Shown here: piece by piece, positions 9,936 to 19,495 of the stretch
How the letters are laid out: each line of letters begins with the position of its first letter
Numbering within the stretch: the stretch's first letter is position 1
Source of the DNA: a virus
Taxonomy: Duplodnaviria; Caudoviricetes
Strand: one strand, 5' to 3'
IMG/VR virus record: IMGVR_UViG_3300005611_000024
Span: 1 to 61,071 of that record
DNA length: 61,071 nt
Notes under the pieces: generated by a model
Database searches by the model: none
Told to the model about the DNA's origin: nothing
Seen by the model: only the letters and a program-made list of their open reading frames with translations
Translations under genes and position numbers: made by a program

Positions 9936-10304
9936 TTATCTCACTAATTCAAAGTGGGGTCCATCTTTAAATGTTTTCCAAGACCCACCCCAAACATACG
10001 GAATACTTAAACGTACCGAGGCTTCTGTAAAAGCAAGATTAATTACCTCATAATCTAAAAAATCCCACGATACACCACCGTCTTTCCAAGCATATACATC
10101 AACGGCTAATCCTTTTAAATGCTTAGAGTTCATAGTTTGACTCTTACCTTGTTCAAATAATAACTTCTGTCTCTCTTCAGTGCGTAATCCTTCACTAATC
10201 CCAAAATCTATAGTTGAAAGCTCAATGGCTTGTTTAACTAATTCCTGCATATCAGGATGCACTTTTTCTAATTTACCTAATGATTTCTGTGATAATTTAA
10301 ACAT
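9936..10304 (-). CDS. Endolysin, M15-family (L-Ala-D-Glu) peptidase
   Basis: EGLRT..RQ, SKH..GLAVD, WGGSW..FKDGPHFEL motifs; start moved to MFKLSQ (TAATG overlap with holin). Confidence 0.88.
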   Translation of the reverse strand: MFKLSQKSLGKLEKVHPDMQELVKQAIELSTIDFGISEGLRTEERQKLLFEQGKSQTMNSKHLKGLAVDVYAWKDGGVSWDFLDYEVINLAFTEASVRLSIPYVWGGSWKTFKDGPHFELVR

Positions 10305-10681
10305 TACTTTGTAAATTTCCCTATTGATTTGAGTCCAAATGATGCAGCGATTGAGGCCATAATAGACCATTGTAACCATTCTGGAAATGTACCTAGAAAT
10401 TCTATACCTCTAGCAACATAAGGTTGAAAATAAGGTATAAAACTAAAAATTATTATAGCTATGAAAGTGAGCGTCCAAGCCTCGTCTTTCCACGAATCCT
10501 CAGAAGCCTTTGCCATAGCGGTTTCCCACTCGACCTTACCTTCTGCAACCTTCTTTTTTACTGCTGTTTTAGCTTCTATTTCGGCTATTTTTAATTCGGA
10601 CTTTGCGACTGACTCTTTGCTTTTATGCTCAAAGTATCCTCCAACCGCTTTACTTAAGCCATTTACAATTAATCCTATCAT
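10304..10681 (-). CDS. Holin-like membrane protein
   Basis: SWKDEAW motif, hydrophobic helices, directly upstream of endolysin. Confidence 0.7.
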   Translation of the reverse strand: MIGLIVNGLSKAVGGYFEHKSKESVAKSELKIAEIEAKTAVKKKVAEGKVEWETAMAKASEDSWKDEAWTLTFIAIIIFSFIPYFQPYVARGIEFLGTFPEWLQWSIMASIAASFGLKSIGKFTK

Positions 10682-10740
10682 AGTGCACTCCGATATTAAT
10701 AATACCTTATTTTATATCAACAGTATACTAAATGCACCTT

Positions 10741-10875
10741 TTATGATGAAGCGTTATTTATATCTCTAGCTTCTTCTAATATCTTTATGTAAGCTAATAG
10801 ATTTTTTACTTCAGAACCATCAGTGCTTGATTTTAAGTATGCTTTTACTTTACTAATTATTCTTTCGTTAGTCAT
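10741..10875 (-). CDS. Hypothetical 44-aa protein
   Basis: Manually found ORF MTNERIISKV...; weak SD. Confidence 0.35.
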   Translation of the reverse strand: MTNERIISKVKAYLKSSTDGSEVKNLLAYIKILEEARDINNASS

Positions 10876-10948
10876 CTTTATAAGTTTAAGTTTTCGTTTA
10901 AGTGAACTTCTATATTATCTAAAAGAATTAAAGATGTCTAGAATTAAT

Positions 10949-11347
10949 TTATTTATATCCTTTAACAATTTTATTTGATGGTATTACCTTATTATTAACA
11001 ATACCAGATGTCATTTCGTTTTTAATAGGACCCATAAACATTAAGGTATATACAGGTTTATTTGCTCTAATCTCGTGAAATTTATTATGCGATAATTTAT
11101 TTATCCAGCTTTTTTTAGTTGCAATACCATCTACAACTTCAGTATAAGAACCCCACAAAAGAAAAGATATGAATGAGCCTTCGTGGTTATGTGGTATTTG
11201 TTTGATTGGAAATATTTTGGAAAACAATATGGTAAAATATGGTGTCCAAATACCCCATCTTTTAAGCATATAATTTCCAGTTCTTGTAATAATATGACTA
11301 GAACCTATACCACATTGACTATAAATCTTTGAGAAGAACTTTATCAT
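10949..11347 (-). CDS. Cupin-like protein
   Basis: PHNH..SFISFLLWGSYTE ... FHEI ... VYTLMF, an HxH..E..H cupin pattern; likely start MIKFFS. Confidence 0.55.
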   Translation of the reverse strand: MIKFFSKIYSQCGIGSSHIITRTGNYMLKRWGIWTPYFTILFSKIFPIKQIPHNHEGSFISFLLWGSYTEVVDGIATKKSWINKLSHNKFHEIRANKPVYTLMFMGPIKNEMTSGIVNNKVIPSNKIVKGYK

Positions 11348-12134
11348 AGCCACCACTTCCATCTTCTTTAGGAATCATTATATATTCTTTAATATCTTCT
11401 TTACTGACTTCTTGTGCAACTCTGTTGCCGTGATTATCATAGTTAGGTATAACAATTTCAGTATCAGCAAGATTAGTTAATTCATCAGCAAAGTCTGCGG
11501 TATATTCAACAAACAAGTTTTCTCCTTTTCCATACACCATATATCTTTCTAAATGTGCAAATAGTTGTACTGATTGTAATTCACCAGCACTATTGAATTG
11601 AAACTTATATGAATCTTTTTCGTGTAGTGTTTTGTCTTTAGAGATAGGCATAACCACATCAGACTTTAATGATGTTGCCCACGCCCATACATCATCATTT
11701 GTGCCTTGCACATATATGGCTTGAGTATTTTGTAATTCAAAGTTTGCATTACATATATCTGATATACGGTACACAGTAATCCCTGCACCTAAATTTACAA
11801 TAGGTGTTGCTTGGTTGTGTTTATAAAATATTTCTATAGTCTTAGTTTGTGTATCTAGGTTATAAATATATCTCATAAAATCTGCGTCAAGTAATAAACT
11901 GTTTTGAAATTTACTACTGTCTTTATGGTCTTGTTCTACTGAGCATTGATGAAAAGTGATTACATTATCATCCATATTGACACCCCATATCATAATAGGG
12001 AATGGAAATGTTTCACTAGTAAATACATCAGTAACTCTTTTCTTTACTGCTATTGTTTCTGCATCTTCACTACCTGCCCAATAAACTCTATTGACTACTG
12101 CTTTATTTTCTATAAATGCTCTAAATAAAATCAC
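11319..12134 (-). CDS. Hypothetical protein downstream of adhesin
   Basis: 271-aa ORF coupled to the adhesin stop. Confidence 0.7.
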   Translation of the reverse strand: MILFRAFIENKAVVNRVYWAGSEDAETIAVKKRVTDVFTSETFPFPIMIWGVNMDDNVITFHQCSVEQDHKDSSKFQNSLLLDADFMRYIYNLDTQTKTIEIFYKHNQATPIVNLGAGITVYRISDICNANFELQNTQAIYVQGTNDDVWAWATSLKSDVVMPISKDKTLHEKDSYKFQFNSAGELQSVQLFAHLERYMVYGKGENLFVEYTADFADELTNLADTEIVIPNYDNHGNRVAQEVSKEDIKEYIMIPKEDGSGGYDKVLLKDL

Positions 12135-13102
12135 GACACTGCTCCATAAATTGTTCCTGTTGCTGTATATGTTACTGAATTACCATTTAGATTGATAGCT
12201 TTTCCACCAGCACCACCTGTACCACCAGCACCTAAACTATTTCCAGATACTCCATTTGCACCATTAGCTCCAGCACTTGCTGTATTAGCACCACCATTAC
12301 CACCAGCTCCTGCTGTTACTGTACTTCCAGCACCAGATGTACTGCCACCAGCTCCACCAGTACCTAACGCTGTAATACTTGAAGCATTACCAGCAGAGCC
12401 ATTTACAGCACTTCCACTTCCAGAAAATGAAACAGAACCACCAGCACCACCACTAGCAGAAGCACGACCAGCACCAGCACCACCGCCACCAGCAACTAAA
12501 TTTTCTGAGCCACCTTTGATAGGTATATTTGAATATGCACCACCGCCACCGCCACCACCGCCAGAACCACCTGAGATAGTTCCACCTGTGTTGTTTAAAG
12601 TAATACTATACTGTAAATTAAATGCTGTACTTCCAGCTCCACCATTTGCACCATTACCAGCAGAATTAAATCCACCGCCACCAGCTCCACCATCTCCACC
12701 GTGTCCAACAATCAAAGCATTATTGTCAATGGTAATAGTATCACCAGCAGTCCAACCTGTTCCTGTATCTAAAGCAACACCTGATGTGCTATAAATATTT
12801 GCATTATTTACTAAGGTTACATCAGAAATACCAGCAACATATGTACCACCTCTGTTATTAAAGATGTTATAGCCATTAGTATTAGCACTTATAGTTAAGG
12901 TAATAGATACTCTATTTGACGAACCATAAAAATCACCAATAGATATTTCACCAGATGTAGGTATAGCACCACCAGTACCTGTTGTACCAGATGGAACATT
13001 AGCACCACCAGCATAATATTCTGATAATGATATAGGATTGCTACCACCAAACTCTGTTTGGATATCTGATAATGATAATGCTCCTGAACTTGGTATTGCC
13101 AT
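12131..13102 (-). CDS. Glycine-rich receptor-binding adhesin (T-even gp38-like)
   Basis: Multiple GGGGGG/GGAGG polyglycine motifs, GxGGxGG pattern, follows an S74 fibre gene. Confidence 0.65.
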   Translation of the reverse strand: MAIPSSGALSLSDIQTEFGGSNPISLSEYYAGGANVPSGTTGTGGAIPTSGEISIGDFYGSSNRVSITLTISANTNGYNIFNNRGGTYVAGISDVTLVNNANIYSTSGVALDTGTGWTAGDTITIDNNALIVGHGGDGGAGGGGFNSAGNGANGGAGSTAFNLQYSITLNNTGGTISGGSGGGGGGGGAYSNIPIKGGSENLVAGGGGAGAGRASASGGAGGSVSFSGSGSAVNGSAGNASSITALGTGGAGGSTSGAGSTVTAGAGGNGGANTASAGANGANGVSGNSLGAGGTGGAGGKAINLNGNSVTYTATGTIYGAVS

Positions 13103-14410
13103 CTATTTTTCCTTTTTAAGTTCGTCTACTTCGGCTTTTAAATCTTTTATCGCTTCTATAAGAACACCTACTAAGTTACCATACGCCACAGACATATACT
13201 CACCTTCATCATGCACAACTTGTGGCATAACTTTTTGCATCTCTTGAGCTATTACACCTGTGCCTTCTCTACCTTCTCTAGTAAAAGTGACACCTCTCAT
13301 ATTCATTACTTTATCTAAAGCATCCGTGATTGTTTCTATATCACTTTTCAAACGTTCATCAGAAAATGCGGTTACATCATTATTAAAAGTTGCTGCACCT
13401 GCAGCGGACATATCTAAAGTCAAAGCAGTTATAGTTGAACCACCATCATTACCTTTAAAAATCATATCTTTATCACTAACAGCACTTTGAATTACAAAAT
13501 CACTAGTACTATTTGATAATCTACCAATTTCAGTACCTGCATCTTTAAAGATAACATCTCCGCCATCAGCATCTAAATTAATATCTCCAGCTACATCTAT
13601 TGTTAAGTTACCACTTGATAAGTCAATTTCTGTGCCATCTATTGTGATGTTGTCTACTGTTACTCCACCATTAGCTGTTACTGAAGTGGCTGTCACAGAA
13701 TTATTAAAAGTAGCAGCTCCTGCAGCACTCATATCTAATGTTAATGCTGTTATTGGACTACCACCATCGTTTCCTTGAAAGATGACATCCTTGTCGCTAA
13801 CCAAAGATTTTATGGTTAGGTTATCGCTATCCATGCTTACATGACCAACATTCGTACTACCATCTTTAAAAATAACTTCATCACCAGCAGCATCTAAGAT
13901 AATATCTCCTGCTACATCTAATGTTAAATCACCTGAAGATAAGTCAATCTCTGTGCCATCAATGGTTATATTATCTACTGTCACTCCACCGTCTGATTGT
14001 AAAGATGTCACAGCAGTAACTGCATCAACAACATTAGTACCATCGTTATATACCCACATGGTTTTACCTGATGGTACTCCTATTCCTGTGCCACCAGAAG
14101 TTTTAACAGTAATCGTGTCAGCTGTGCCATTATTAATTAGGTAATTTTTTTGTATTGATGGAACAACTAAGTTTTGTGCTCCACCTGATGTACCTGTTAA
14201 ATTAAGTCTTAAATGACGAGCTGATTGAGTTGCGTTTGAATCTGTCAAAGTAAGAGTTACTTGGCCACTTGAAAAAGGTACATCAACAGTACCTACGATT
14301 GCTTCTTCTAAAGCTGTACCTAAATTAGTATTAGTAGTTGTACCCCAACTACCTGATTGTTCACCTGTAGTGATTAATTCAATTTTTAAGTCTGAATATG
14401 TACTAGCCAT
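13103..14410 (-). CDS. Tail fibre with C-terminal intramolecular chaperone (peptidase S74)
   Basis: SDERLKSDI...GVIAQE...VAYGNLVGVLIEAIKDL. Confidence 0.88.
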   Translation of the reverse strand: MASTYSDLKIELITTGEQSGSWGTTTNTNLGTALEEAIVGTVDVPFSSGQVTLTLTDSNATQSARHLRLNLTGTSGGAQNLVVPSIQKNYLINNGTADTITVKTSGGTGIGVPSGKTMWVYNDGTNVVDAVTAVTSLQSDGGVTVDNITIDGTEIDLSSGDLTLDVAGDIILDAAGDEVIFKDGSTNVGHVSMDSDNLTIKSLVSDKDVIFQGNDGGSPITALTLDMSAAGAATFNNSVTATSVTANGGVTVDNITIDGTEIDLSSGNLTIDVAGDINLDADGGDVIFKDAGTEIGRLSNSTSDFVIQSAVSDKDMIFKGNDGGSTITALTLDMSAAGAATFNNDVTAFSDERLKSDIETITDALDKVMNMRGVTFTREGREGTGVIAQEMQKVMPQVVHDEGEYMSVAYGNLVGVLIEAIKDLKAEVDELKKEK

Positions 14411-14422
14411 TAAATTCTCCTA

Positions 14423-14626
14423 TTAGCTTGATTGACCTGCTAATGGAACACTTGTTACGTGAATCTTGGTATGTTGCTTTCCATTCCACGCGGCACCACA
14501 GTCTGAGCAAGTTCCTGATTTATACTCTTCAGCATCTACAGTCATTCCACAACTGGAACACTCTAAATGTACCTCATACTTGCATTGTATTATACCATCT
14601 TTTAATTTTTTTGCTTCAATTATCAT
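14423..14626 (-). CDS. Small zinc-ribbon protein
   Basis: CSSC...CSDC; likely start MIIEAK (ATGA overlap). Confidence 0.55.
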   Translation of the reverse strand: MIIEAKKLKDGIIQCKYEVHLECSSCGMTVDAEEYKSGTCSDCGAAWNGKQHTKIHVTSVPLAGQSS

Positions 14627-15528
14627 GCTGCTATATCCTTCCAATTTGGTGATTGATTAGTGTCTATTTGTACCCAATTAGGTGATTGGCTTGTACCAAT
14701 ATTTACCCAGTTTGCTGTCTGGTCAGTATCTATTTCACCCCATACTAATGTAAATCCATTAGTTTCACAAGTACCACTGACTCCTATCACATAAACATTT
14801 GCAAGTCCTGTAGCATCTGCTGTGCCAATAGCACCTGTGGCAGCTACACCCGTGACTGCTACGTTTGCATCAGCTGTAACTGTCTCTAAGCCAATAGCAC
14901 CTGTGGCAGCTACACCCGTGACTGCTACGTTTGCATCAGCTGTAACTGTCTCTGAGCCTAGAGCACTTGTGCCAGCTACGCCTGTAACAGAAATATTATT
15001 ATTTGTTACAAGAGAAATAGTACCTAGAGCAGTTGTTCCAACTACACCCGTGACTGCTACGTTTGCATCAGCTGTAACTGTCTCTGAGCCTAGAGCAGTT
15101 GTTCCAACTACACCCGTGACTGCTACGTTTGCATCAGCTGTAACTGTCTCTAAGCCAATAGCACCTGTGGCAGCTACGCCTGTAACAGAAATATTATTAT
15201 TTGTTACAAGAGAAATAGTACCTAGAGCAGTTGTTCCAACAACTCCTGTAACAGATACGTCAGCTTTAGCTATTACAGTAACTGAACCGAGATTTCCTGT
15301 TGCTTGCTCTCCCGTAACAGACGTATTAGCATCTGCTGTTGTTGTAGCACTTCCTAAAGCAGAGGTTCCAACAACTCCAGTAACAGATATATTAGCTTCA
15401 GCAACAACAGTGGTTGTGCCAATAGCACCTGTGGCCGATACACCTGTAACTTCAGCATTAACACTTATTTCACCTCCACCTAAAGCAGCAAAAGAATCTT
15501 CAGCAAAGGTGGTAATACCAAATGCCAT
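14623..15528 (-). CDS. Virion protein with 22-aa Thr/Val/Gly repeats
   Basis: About ten VTGVxxTxAxGxxTVTADAN-type units. Confidence 0.75.
   Translation of the reverse strand: MAFGITTFAEDSFAALGGGEISVNAEVTGVSATGAIGTTTVVAEANISVTGVVGTSALGSATTTADANTSVTGEQATGNLGSVTVIAKADVSVTGVVGTTALGTISLVTNNNISVTGVAATGAIGLETVTADANVAVTGVVGTTALGSETVTADANVAVTGVVGTTALGTISLVTNNNISVTGVAGTSALGSETVTADANVAVTGVAATGAIGLETVTADANVAVTGVAATGAIGTADATGLANVYVIGVSGTCETNGFTLVWGEIDTDQTANWVNIGTSQSPNWVQIDTNQSPNWKDIAA
14824..15250. repeat. 66-bp tandem repeat array with near-identical units
   Basis: e.g. GCCAATAGCACCTGTGGCAGCTACACCCGTGACTGC at 14824 and 14890. Confidence 0.9.
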
Positions 15529-15529
15529 A

Positions 15530-15871
15530 TTATTTTCCTAATGGATTATCATTAATAATGTCGTATACTTTAGACAGTTCTCTTTCCATCCAAGCAGCTA
15601 ATTTATCTTCCACTTGTGCCATATCTGAATCTAATCTATCAAGATTATCATAAATTTCTTTAAGTGAATCATTATTAAACTGCACTCGTTCTTCTACGAT
15701 TGTTAGTCTGTCATTAAGTTGTCCTGTGTCGCTAGCTTCTATCTTACCTTCCATAGCCACTAAACGTGTGCTTAGGTCTGACATCCACCATACGAACCCA
15801 CCTGCTGCTGGCACCACCGATAAGACTATTGTAAGCATCACTGCTGGCGAGAGCACCAATGTCTTGCTCAT
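15530..15871 (-). CDS. Membrane-anchored coiled-coil protein
   Basis: N-terminal TM helix followed by heptad pattern. Confidence 0.65.
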   Translation of the reverse strand: MSKTLVLSPAVMLTIVLSVVPAAGGFVWWMSDLSTRLVAMEGKIEASDTGQLNDRLTIVEERVQFNNDSLKEIYDNLDRLDSDMAQVEDKLAAWMERELSKVYDIINDNPLGK

Positions 15872-17126
15872 ATATCATCTCCTGTGTCAAAGACACTGTT
15901 TCTTGTATTGTAATTGTTTGCGGTATTACTTGCAATCCAATCATTGTACTTACATCTATTTGTTCAAACCCTGTATTCTCTTTAGGAGCCTCAGAAACTT
16001 CAGATTTAGGTTGTTCAGACTTCTGTTCAACTTTAGATTTAGGCTCATCTTTTGATTCTGCAATCTCAGTTTCTTGCTTTGATTTGGCTTTTTCCTCTTC
16101 TTCAGAGCTTTCTGTTTTTTCAATTTCATCAGCTTCAGCAAGGTCTTCCTCCATATTATTTTCTTTTAATTCTTCTGGTTGTTCTACTACCTCTTCAGTT
16201 ACTTCTGCAATTTCTTCTACTTGTATTTCTTGTATTTCTTCTACTACATCTATTTCTAATGGAGCTTCTGTAATGTCAGGTAAATCAATATCTACAGGAG
16301 GTAAGCTAGGTAAATCATTCATAGTTATATCTGTTTCAATCGGTGTATCTAAAATAACATCTGTTACAATTTCAGTATCTAAATCTAATCCTTGAATTAC
16401 CGTAGTTTCTTCTATAACTACAACTTCTTCTACAGGTTCTATAACTTCAGGTTTGATTTCTACAATTGGTTCTATAACTTCAGGTTTGATTTCTACAATT
16501 GGTTCTATAACCACTGGCACAGGAGTTTCTGTCATAGTCAAATATAAACTAAGGTTATCTACAATAGGACCAAACTGTCCATCCCAGTTGCCTGTATCAA
16601 TACCTGTAATACTAAAATTTATACTAGTATCGTCTGTCGTCCATGCATCGAGCGTTTGTGTAGAAAGACCATAATCTTTTGTGCCATCGTTGTAATCTAA
16701 GGTCTGCTCTAGATATAAGTTTTCTGTATTCGTGCCATCAGATAATTGTATGACTGCTTGTACTTTGTCATAATCTGTACCTTCACTACACCAAGCACCT
16801 GTCGCTTCATTGTTACAACCTAGTGCAGTAAAGTCTAAATGTATAGTATCAATATCATAACCTTCACTTAAATCTTCAATCGTTTGAGAAAGTGTTTTAC
16901 CTAAGTCTGATGACCAACGTACCGATTGACATAGTCCAGATTCATTATAACAGTTACCCTCATATTGAATTTTATCTGAGTCCTCTACCGTCCAACCTGA
17001 TAAGTCGCCTGTAGAGAAATCTCCGTTATCTAGTAGGTTGTCCGAAGTTGTCTCTGCTTGACTTTGGTTGACTAATGTTGATACGCATAGTATTAGGAGA
17101 GACCAAAATACGATTTTTTTCATCAA
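15744..17126 (-). CDS. Exported protein: signal peptide, CBM/galactose-binding-like domain, acidic Pro/Glu stalk
   Basis: MMKKIVFW...SQA signal; NLLDNGDFSTGDLSGW; long E/P-rich region. Confidence 0.6.
   Translation of the reverse strand: MMKKIVFWSLLILCVSTLVNQSQAETTSDNLLDNGDFSTGDLSGWTVEDSDKIQYEGNCYNESGLCQSVRWSSDLGKTLSQTIEDLSEGYDIDTIHLDFTALGCNNEATGAWCSEGTDYDKVQAVIQLSDGTNTENLYLEQTLDYNDGTKDYGLSTQTLDAWTTDDTSINFSITGIDTGNWDGQFGPIVDNLSLYLTMTETPVPVVIEPIVEIKPEVIEPIVEIKPEVIEPVEEVVVIEETTVIQGLDLDTEIVTDVILDTPIETDITMNDLPSLPPVDIDLPDITEAPLEIDVVEEIQEIQVEEIAEVTEEVVEQPEELKENNMEEDLAEADEIEKTESSEEEEKAKSKQETEIAESKDEPKSKVEQKSEQPKSEVSEAPKENTGFEQIDVSTMIGLQVIPQTITIQETVSLTQEMIYEQDIGALASSDAYNSLIGGASSRWVRMVDVRPKHTFSGYGR
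16435..16511. repeat. 33-bp tandem repeat (VIEPIVEIKPE, ~2.3 copies)
   Basis: GGTTCTATAACTTCAGGTTTGATTTCTACAATT repeated exactly. Confidence 0.9.
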
Positions 17127-17547
17127 TAATTCCTAGTTCTAAATATTTCTTTTTTGCTTCCTTTCCAACCAAACCATCTATTGGGCAAGGACTTCCTGCT
17201 GCCAACATAGCTTTAAATACTCTAACATCTTGACATAGGATAGCCGTTGCAGACACTTTGAGGCCCAGTTGAGCTAATCCTCGTGACAATTTCAGGCGTT
17301 CACAGTTCATGTCTCGTACGTGAGTACCAAAGCTACCAGAAAATATACCTGTACCTACAGCACCACTTCTTACAACCACACAAACATCATTGCCACTACC
17401 TATAGATAAGCTAGGACTTATAGATGAAGGTGGTGGTTGATCCTTATATCGAATAGTCGTCTCCGCAGAGTAAACTCTACTTGGATAAATAACACAAGTA
17501 ATTATGACTAATCCAGTTAAAATAATTTTTAAAATTTCAGAATGCAT
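17026..17547 (-). CDS. Exported Cys-containing protein
   Basis: Signal peptide; DMNCERLKLSR...ILCQD...AGSPCP. Confidence 0.6.
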   Translation of the reverse strand: MHSEILKIILTGLVIITCVIYPSRVYSAETTIRYKDQPPPSSISPSLSIGSGNDVCVVVRSGAVGTGIFSGSFGTHVRDMNCERLKLSRGLAQLGLKVSATAILCQDVRVFKAMLAAGSPCPIDGLVGKEAKKKYLELGIIDEKNRILVSPNTMRINISQPKSSRDNFGQPTR

Positions 17548-17577
17548 TAATTATCTCCTAGCCTTTAGGATACCCAT

Positions 17578-18747
17578 TTATTTATTCTCCAATCCGTCTT
17601 TTATCTCTAATCTTTCCTCAAGATATTTAACTTTGTCACTTAACTCTTTAATTGCTTCAATTAATAAACCATGAATTGCGTCATATTCAACGACTTTATA
17701 CTTCTCACCATCATCTTGTTGTAATGGTAATTCTTTTTCTCGTACTGCTTCTGGTAATACTTTTTCTAATTCGTGTGCTAAAATACCAGCACTCTTTTGT
17801 CCGTTGTGTTTACGAGTAAATGTATATCCTGATAATTGATTGACTTTAGATAACGCATTTGTAATTGGTTCTACATCTGATTTGAGTCTTACATCAGAAG
17901 TTGTTGTTGAGTATGCAATTACATCTCCATCTGCATGAAAGTCTCCATTAGTTGCCATTCTAAAATCAAACGCATTAGATGTATAAAAATCTATATTAGC
18001 TGCTTCGGTTGTTTTAATTTGAAAAGCACCTGTACCTCTATGTTCTATTACACTAGTAGTATTAGCACCAGTATTACCTCTAATTAACCTTAAACCATAA
18101 TCAGTGTAAGTAGCGTCACCTACAAGGTCTATGTAAGCATACCCATTACCACCACGACCTTTACCAATTTCTATATAACGACTTTCTGTAGTGCTTGCAG
18201 ATAAAGCAACAGTACCATTAACATCTAAGGTTTCACCAGGTGAAGTCGTACCTATACCTACTTTACCACTGGAGTCAATCACCATTCTATCAGTACCACC
18301 AACTTTAAAATCTATTTGGTCATCTGTATCTGCTGTAATAGAAGTATCTGCATCTGCATCAAGTATTAATTCATTTCCATTTACATCAATGTTACCTGAC
18401 ATGGTAAGCCCTGCAAGATTACCGCTTGCGTCTAATACTGTTGCTTTACTAGCAGGTAAAGTACAAAAGACATCTTTAGTCCCAGCAGAAAAATTTACAA
18501 CACTGTCAGAATTAGATGAAGAAATAATTGTAGTTCTAGCCATAGTAGAACTATCGGCCGATAGCGTGCCAAGTCCTACTTCAAATTCAGAACCACCTTG
18601 TAAAGCAATAGCATAATAAGTTGTATTACTATTACCGATACCTGATGCAAAAGTCTCAAATCCTGTTGCAGCACCTGCGAAAGTAATATCTCCTGTACCA
18701 GTTGTAGTAGTAGTCTCTTTGACCCTATCATTAACAACAAGTGCCAT
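17578..18747 (-). CDS. Second tail fibre/spike with S74 chaperone
   Basis: SDVRLKSDV...AGILAHELEKVLPEAV...LLIEAIKEL; N-terminal DRVKETTTTTGTG anchor. Confidence 0.85.
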   Translation of the reverse strand: MALVVNDRVKETTTTTGTGDITFAGAATGFETFASGIGNSNTTYYAIALQGGSEFEVGLGTLSADSSTMARTTIISSSNSDSVVNFSAGTKDVFCTLPASKATVLDASGNLAGLTMSGNIDVNGNELILDADADTSITADTDDQIDFKVGGTDRMVIDSSGKVGIGTTSPGETLDVNGTVALSASTTESRYIEIGKGRGGNGYAYIDLVGDATYTDYGLRLIRGNTGANTTSVIEHRGTGAFQIKTTEAANIDFYTSNAFDFRMATNGDFHADGDVIAYSTTTSDVRLKSDVEPITNALSKVNQLSGYTFTRKHNGQKSAGILAHELEKVLPEAVREKELPLQQDDGEKYKVVEYDAIHGLLIEAIKELSDKVKYLEERLEIKDGLENK

Positions 18748-18759
18748 TTGAACCTCCTA

Positions 18760-19206
18760 CTAAGCTATACGTATAATAGCGTTTGAAGCATCTGCTGTAG
18801 GGAACACTACTGTAAAATCACCTGCAGTAGAAGTTTTATCTCCACCAAAGTCCAATACTGCAACTGCTTTATTTGATTGAGTTGAATTATAAATCAACGC
18901 ACCACGAGCTGTAATTGTTGCTGTAGTCCATGTTTCATCATCAAAATCTAAATAAGCTGTTGTACTTGATGATGTAGGAGCCACTGTTGTAAGGGCTTGT
19001 CCACCAGCAGAATATCCTGTACCTGAGGCTTCGTTAGTTACTGTATATGCTGTTGTTGTCGCATCTAAAGTTGCTGATGATGTATATAATGCTAAATAAA
19101 AAGTATCAGCAGTTGTAGCTCCACGAACTACTGTTGTACCAAAAGCATGAATACCGTTTAACAACTCAACTTTAAATGACGTACACATTGCTTGAGAAAT
19201 TGCCAT
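18760..19206 (-). CDS. Virion structural protein
   Basis: 148-aa Thr/Ala-rich, in tail block, GGAGG SD downstream for next gene. Confidence 0.6.
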   Translation of the reverse strand: MAISQAMCTSFKVELLNGIHAFGTTVVRGATTADTFYLALYTSSATLDATTTAYTVTNEASGTGYSAGGQALTTVAPTSSSTTAYLDFDDETWTTATITARGALIYNSTQSNKAVAVLDFGGDKTSTAGDFTVVFPTADASNAIIRIA

Positions 19207-19207
19207 T

Positions 19208-19495
19208 TTATATCTCCAAAAGTTTAGTTAATTCAGAATGCCCTGCTTCATGCAGTTTATTCGCTATCGTTGTATGATTAGACTTTATAGCCTGCTTCAT
19301 ATAATGCACTAGAACTTGTCTAATGTTATCCTTATAAGCCAATGCTTGTTCTTTTAATAAAGGGTTAGCATCTTGACCTACATAAATTATTTTAGCAAGT
19401 GCTAATTCAGCTACTTGCTCAGGTGTCATACCTCCGTATGAAGTAGTAATTACATCATAGTCAACACCTTGTTTTATCTCTGCTACGTTATCCAT
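19208..19495 (-). CDS. Hypothetical protein
   Basis: Coupled ORF in structural operon. Confidence 0.65.
   Translation of the reverse strand: MDNVAEIKQGVDYDVITTSYGGMTPEQVAELALAKIIYVGQDANPLLKEQALAYKDNIRQVLVHYMKQAIKSNHTTIANKLHEAGHSELTKLLEI

Noticed and set aside
12131-18747. Diversity-generating retroelement or invertase-based fibre switching
   Set aside because: No reverse transcriptase or recombinase; fibre repeats are in-frame duplications without adenine-specific differences
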